A DNA stretch of 20,000 nt from an uncultured Candidatus Sumerlaeota bacterium (lineage in GTDB: Bacteria > CAYMEV01), in NCBI GenBank assembly GCA_964389675.1, contig CAYMEV010000018.1, positions 59,564-79,563 of the forward strand, in the 5' to 3' direction. This document shows positions 18,095 to 20,000 of the stretch, one piece after another. Position 1 is the stretch's first letter. The number at the start of each line of letters is the position of its first letter. A model generated the notes under the pieces. That model saw nothing but the letters and a program-made list of their open reading frames with translations, searched no databases and was not told the DNA's origin. Both the position numbers and the translations under genes were made by a program.

Positions 18095-19598
18095 TGAGAA
18101 GGTATTCTCAGTAAGCGAAATAAGCCTTTATATCAAGAATGCTGTCCAGAGCGTTTTCCCCTACAGCATAAAGATAAGGGGGGAACTGACAAATATTACC
18201 CTCTCCAGGTCCGGCCATCTGTACTTTGATATCAAGGACGAAAACTCCAGCATCTCAGCAACCCTGTTTAAGAATAATATGCGAAAGGTTAGCAAAAACT
18301 GGGATAAAATAGATGTAATCCTTCCGCTGAATCCCGATAAAATCACCCTCGAACAGGGGAAAGAGATAATAATAGAAGGAAGCCTGGGCACCTATGCCAG
18401 GGCAAGCCGCTACCAGATCAATGTAATAAATATCCTGACACTGGATAAAACAGGAGCCCTGCATAAAAAATACCTTATCCTGAGGGATAAGCTTGAAAAA
18501 GAGGGCTATTTCGAAAAGTCACATAAGAAACCAATTCCCTTATACCCCTCAAGGATTGCAATAGTCACATCAGCGCACGGAGCTGCCGTTAAGGATATCC
18601 TGGATGTTTTAAGCCGTTTTCCCTTTATAAAAACTAGGCTTTTCCCCGTAATGGTACAGGGTGACAGAGCAGGAACCGATATAGCAGATAAGCTCCGGAT
18701 GATAAATGAAAAATATCCTGGCCGGTATGACCTTATAATAACAGGAAGGGGCGGGGGCAGTTATGAGGACCTTTTCTGCTTCAATGATGAGGATCTGGTA
18801 AAAGCGGTTTATGAATCCTGCATACCGGTAATATCAGCAGTAGGCCATGAAAGGGATATGTCCCTGACTGATTTTGCCGCTGATTTCAGTGCCATAACTC
18901 CGACAGCAGCAGGACAAAAAGCAATAAGCGGATACCTGGATGCTGTAAAAATAGTTGAATCCTCATTCAAAAGAATAAAAAGCCACGCATCATCCCTTAT
19001 CTCAAATTTCAAAAGCCGGATAGTATATCTTTCAGGCAAGAGAATAAGGCTCCTTTTAATAAACAGGATAAATACCCGGTACCAGCATCTTGATGCAATG
19101 TTTTCCGCCATGATTGAAAAAAGCCTTAAAAGCAGGATATCGGACACAAGGCACAATATCAGGTTTTACCTCAAGCAGGGTATTCAAAACAGCCTTAAGA
19201 ACAGAATAATCAGCAATAAACAATCTATAGATATTCTATCCAGCAGTATAAGAAATACCTTTATCAGTAAACAGTCAGCTTTCAGGCTATCCTTGAACAA
19301 AATGGCACCGGATTCTTTTCGCTCAATGATCAAAAACCTGATAGCCTTTCGCAGACAGAATATAAAGCACCGCATGGACTTTATAAGCGGACTATCGCCT
19401 AAAAACCTTCTTATAAAAGGATATTCCATAACAATGGATGAAAAAGGCAGGATAATAAGAAAAACAGGCCAGGTATCGGAAGGCCAGATAATAAAGACCA
19501 TGGTCTCCGACGGCACTATTGAATCAAATACCCTTAAAATAAAAGAAGAGGATAATTTCTATGACAAAAAGGACCAGAAAATCCAGCCCCGGATTTGA
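18084..19598 (+). CDS. xseA: Exodeoxyribonuclease VII large subunit
   Basis: SGHLYFDIKD OB fold, IVTSAHGAAVKDI, GRGGGSYEDL, ISAVGHERD, TPTAA, SPKNLLIKGYSI. Confidence 0.96.
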   Translation: MQTDEKVFSVSEISLYIKNAVQSVFPYSIKIRGELTNITLSRSGHLYFDIKDENSSISATLFKNNMRKVSKNWDKIDVILPLNPDKITLEQGKEIIIEGSLGTYARASRYQINVINILTLDKTGALHKKYLILRDKLEKEGYFEKSHKKPIPLYPSRIAIVTSAHGAAVKDILDVLSRFPFIKTRLFPVMVQGDRAGTDIADKLRMINEKYPGRYDLIITGRGGGSYEDLFCFNDEDLVKAVYESCIPVISAVGHERDMSLTDFAADFSAITPTAAGQKAISGYLDAVKIVESSFKRIKSHASSLISNFKSRIVYLSGKRIRLLLINRINTRYQHLDAMFSAMIEKSLKSRISDTRHNIRFYLKQGIQNSLKNRIISNKQSIDILSSSIRNTFISKQSAFRLSLNKMAPDSFRSMIKNLIAFRRQNIKHRMDFISGLSPKNLLIKGYSITMDEKGRIIRKTGQVSEGQIIKTMVSDGTIESNTLKIKEEDNFYDKKDQKIQPRI

Positions 19599-19812
19599 AG
19601 AGAAGCTTAAAAGGCTGGAAGAGATCTCGGATCTGTTTGAAAACGGCGAACCCCGGCTCGAGGAATCCATAAAGCTTTACAAGGAGGCCATAGGCCTTTA
19701 CAAAGAGCTCAACAGCATACTGAACCAGGCAGAAAAGGCCATAAGGCAGAGCGAGGAAAACCTGGATGAAAAGGAACCCTCCCCCCCTGAAGAACCGGAA
19801 CAGGGCTTCTGA
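19561..19812 (+). CDS. xseB: Exodeoxyribonuclease VII small subunit
   Basis: FEEKLKRLEEI...LEESIKLYKEA...LNQAEKAI. Directly follows xseA with a 38-nt overlap. Confidence 0.93.
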   Translation: MTKRTRKSSPGFEEKLKRLEEISDLFENGEPRLEESIKLYKEAIGLYKELNSILNQAEKAIRQSEENLDEKEPSPPEEPEQGF

Positions 19813-19821
19813 TAAAAGCTG

Positions 19822-19908
19822 TCACATACCCGCCAGTATCATCAGAAAATAGCTTATCACAAAGGCAATGCATGGGGAGATTACCCATACAAGGAATATC
19901 CTCTTTAC
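19822..19908 (-). pseudogene. C-terminal segment resembling a PiT-family (phosphate / CysP sulfate) transporter; either a remnant or the end of a gene entering from beyond the window
   Basis: Minus strand translates VKRIFLVWVISPCIAFVISYFLMILAGM-stop, matching the final PiT helix pattern (K.I..xWvxsP...sy). The frame stays open to base 20000, but the upstream 30 codons do not look like PiT. Confidence 0.45.
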
Positions 19909-19919
19909 CTTACAGGAAA

Positions 19920-19954
19920 GCAGAGGCAACAGCACCGTGCTGCTGTTGCCCTGC
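19920..19954 (-). terminator. GC-rich hairpin, probable intrinsic terminator
   Basis: Perfect 10-bp stem GGCAACAGCA/TGCTGTTGCC extended by GCAG/CTGC. On the minus strand it is followed by a weak TTTCCTGT tail and lies just after a TAA at 19961-19959. Confidence 0.55.
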
Positions 19955-19958
19955 GATA

Positions 19959-20000
19959 TTACTCTTCTACCAGGTTTACGACTACATAAAGGACATCCCC
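19959..20000 (-). CDS. Possible 3' end of a gene entering from the right edge (…GDVLYVVVNLVEE-stop)
   Basis: Protein-like 13 codons ending in TAA immediately before the hairpin. Too short to identify. Confidence 0.3.
   Translation of the reverse strand, partial: GDVLYVVVNLVEE

Noticed and set aside
19050-19400. Weak ~23-aa periodicity in XseA (KSLKSRI / NSLKNRI) and the 38-nt xseA/xseB overlap
   Set aside because: Variable helical repeats in the XseA C-terminal region and short overlaps with xseB are ordinary for this family.

Overview
Bacterial, moderately AT-rich, gene-dense chromosomal region with no CRISPR array, integrase or transposase that I can see. Left (+): 3' part of a CysQ/inositol-monophosphatase gene, a REC/HD-GYP response regulator and bcp. 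Middle (-), read right to left: a 721-aa acidic protein with four 111-bp tandem repeats, ispA, dxs, a long RelA/SpoT homologue, a Zn-ribbon/pseudo-receiver protein, an FHA-GAF-pseudo-histidine-kinase hybrid and a SAM-methyltransferase-like gene. Right (+): tRNA-Val(GAC), infC, rpmI, rplT, zapB-like, zapA, 6S RNA, rny, xseA, xseB. The best novelty candidates are three. (1) A two-gene pair that looks like a two-component system but has lost its canonical phosphotransfer residues while keeping an intact FHA domain. (2) The adjacent long RSH with an intact hydrolase and an apparently dead synthetase. (3) The acidic repeat protein with a conserved-looking C-terminal helical domain. A single ~7.9-kb inversion would restore the usual xseA-xseB-ispA-dxs order, and a PiT/CysP-like C-terminal segment sits at the right edge. 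All calls come from reading motifs by eye; no searches were run.
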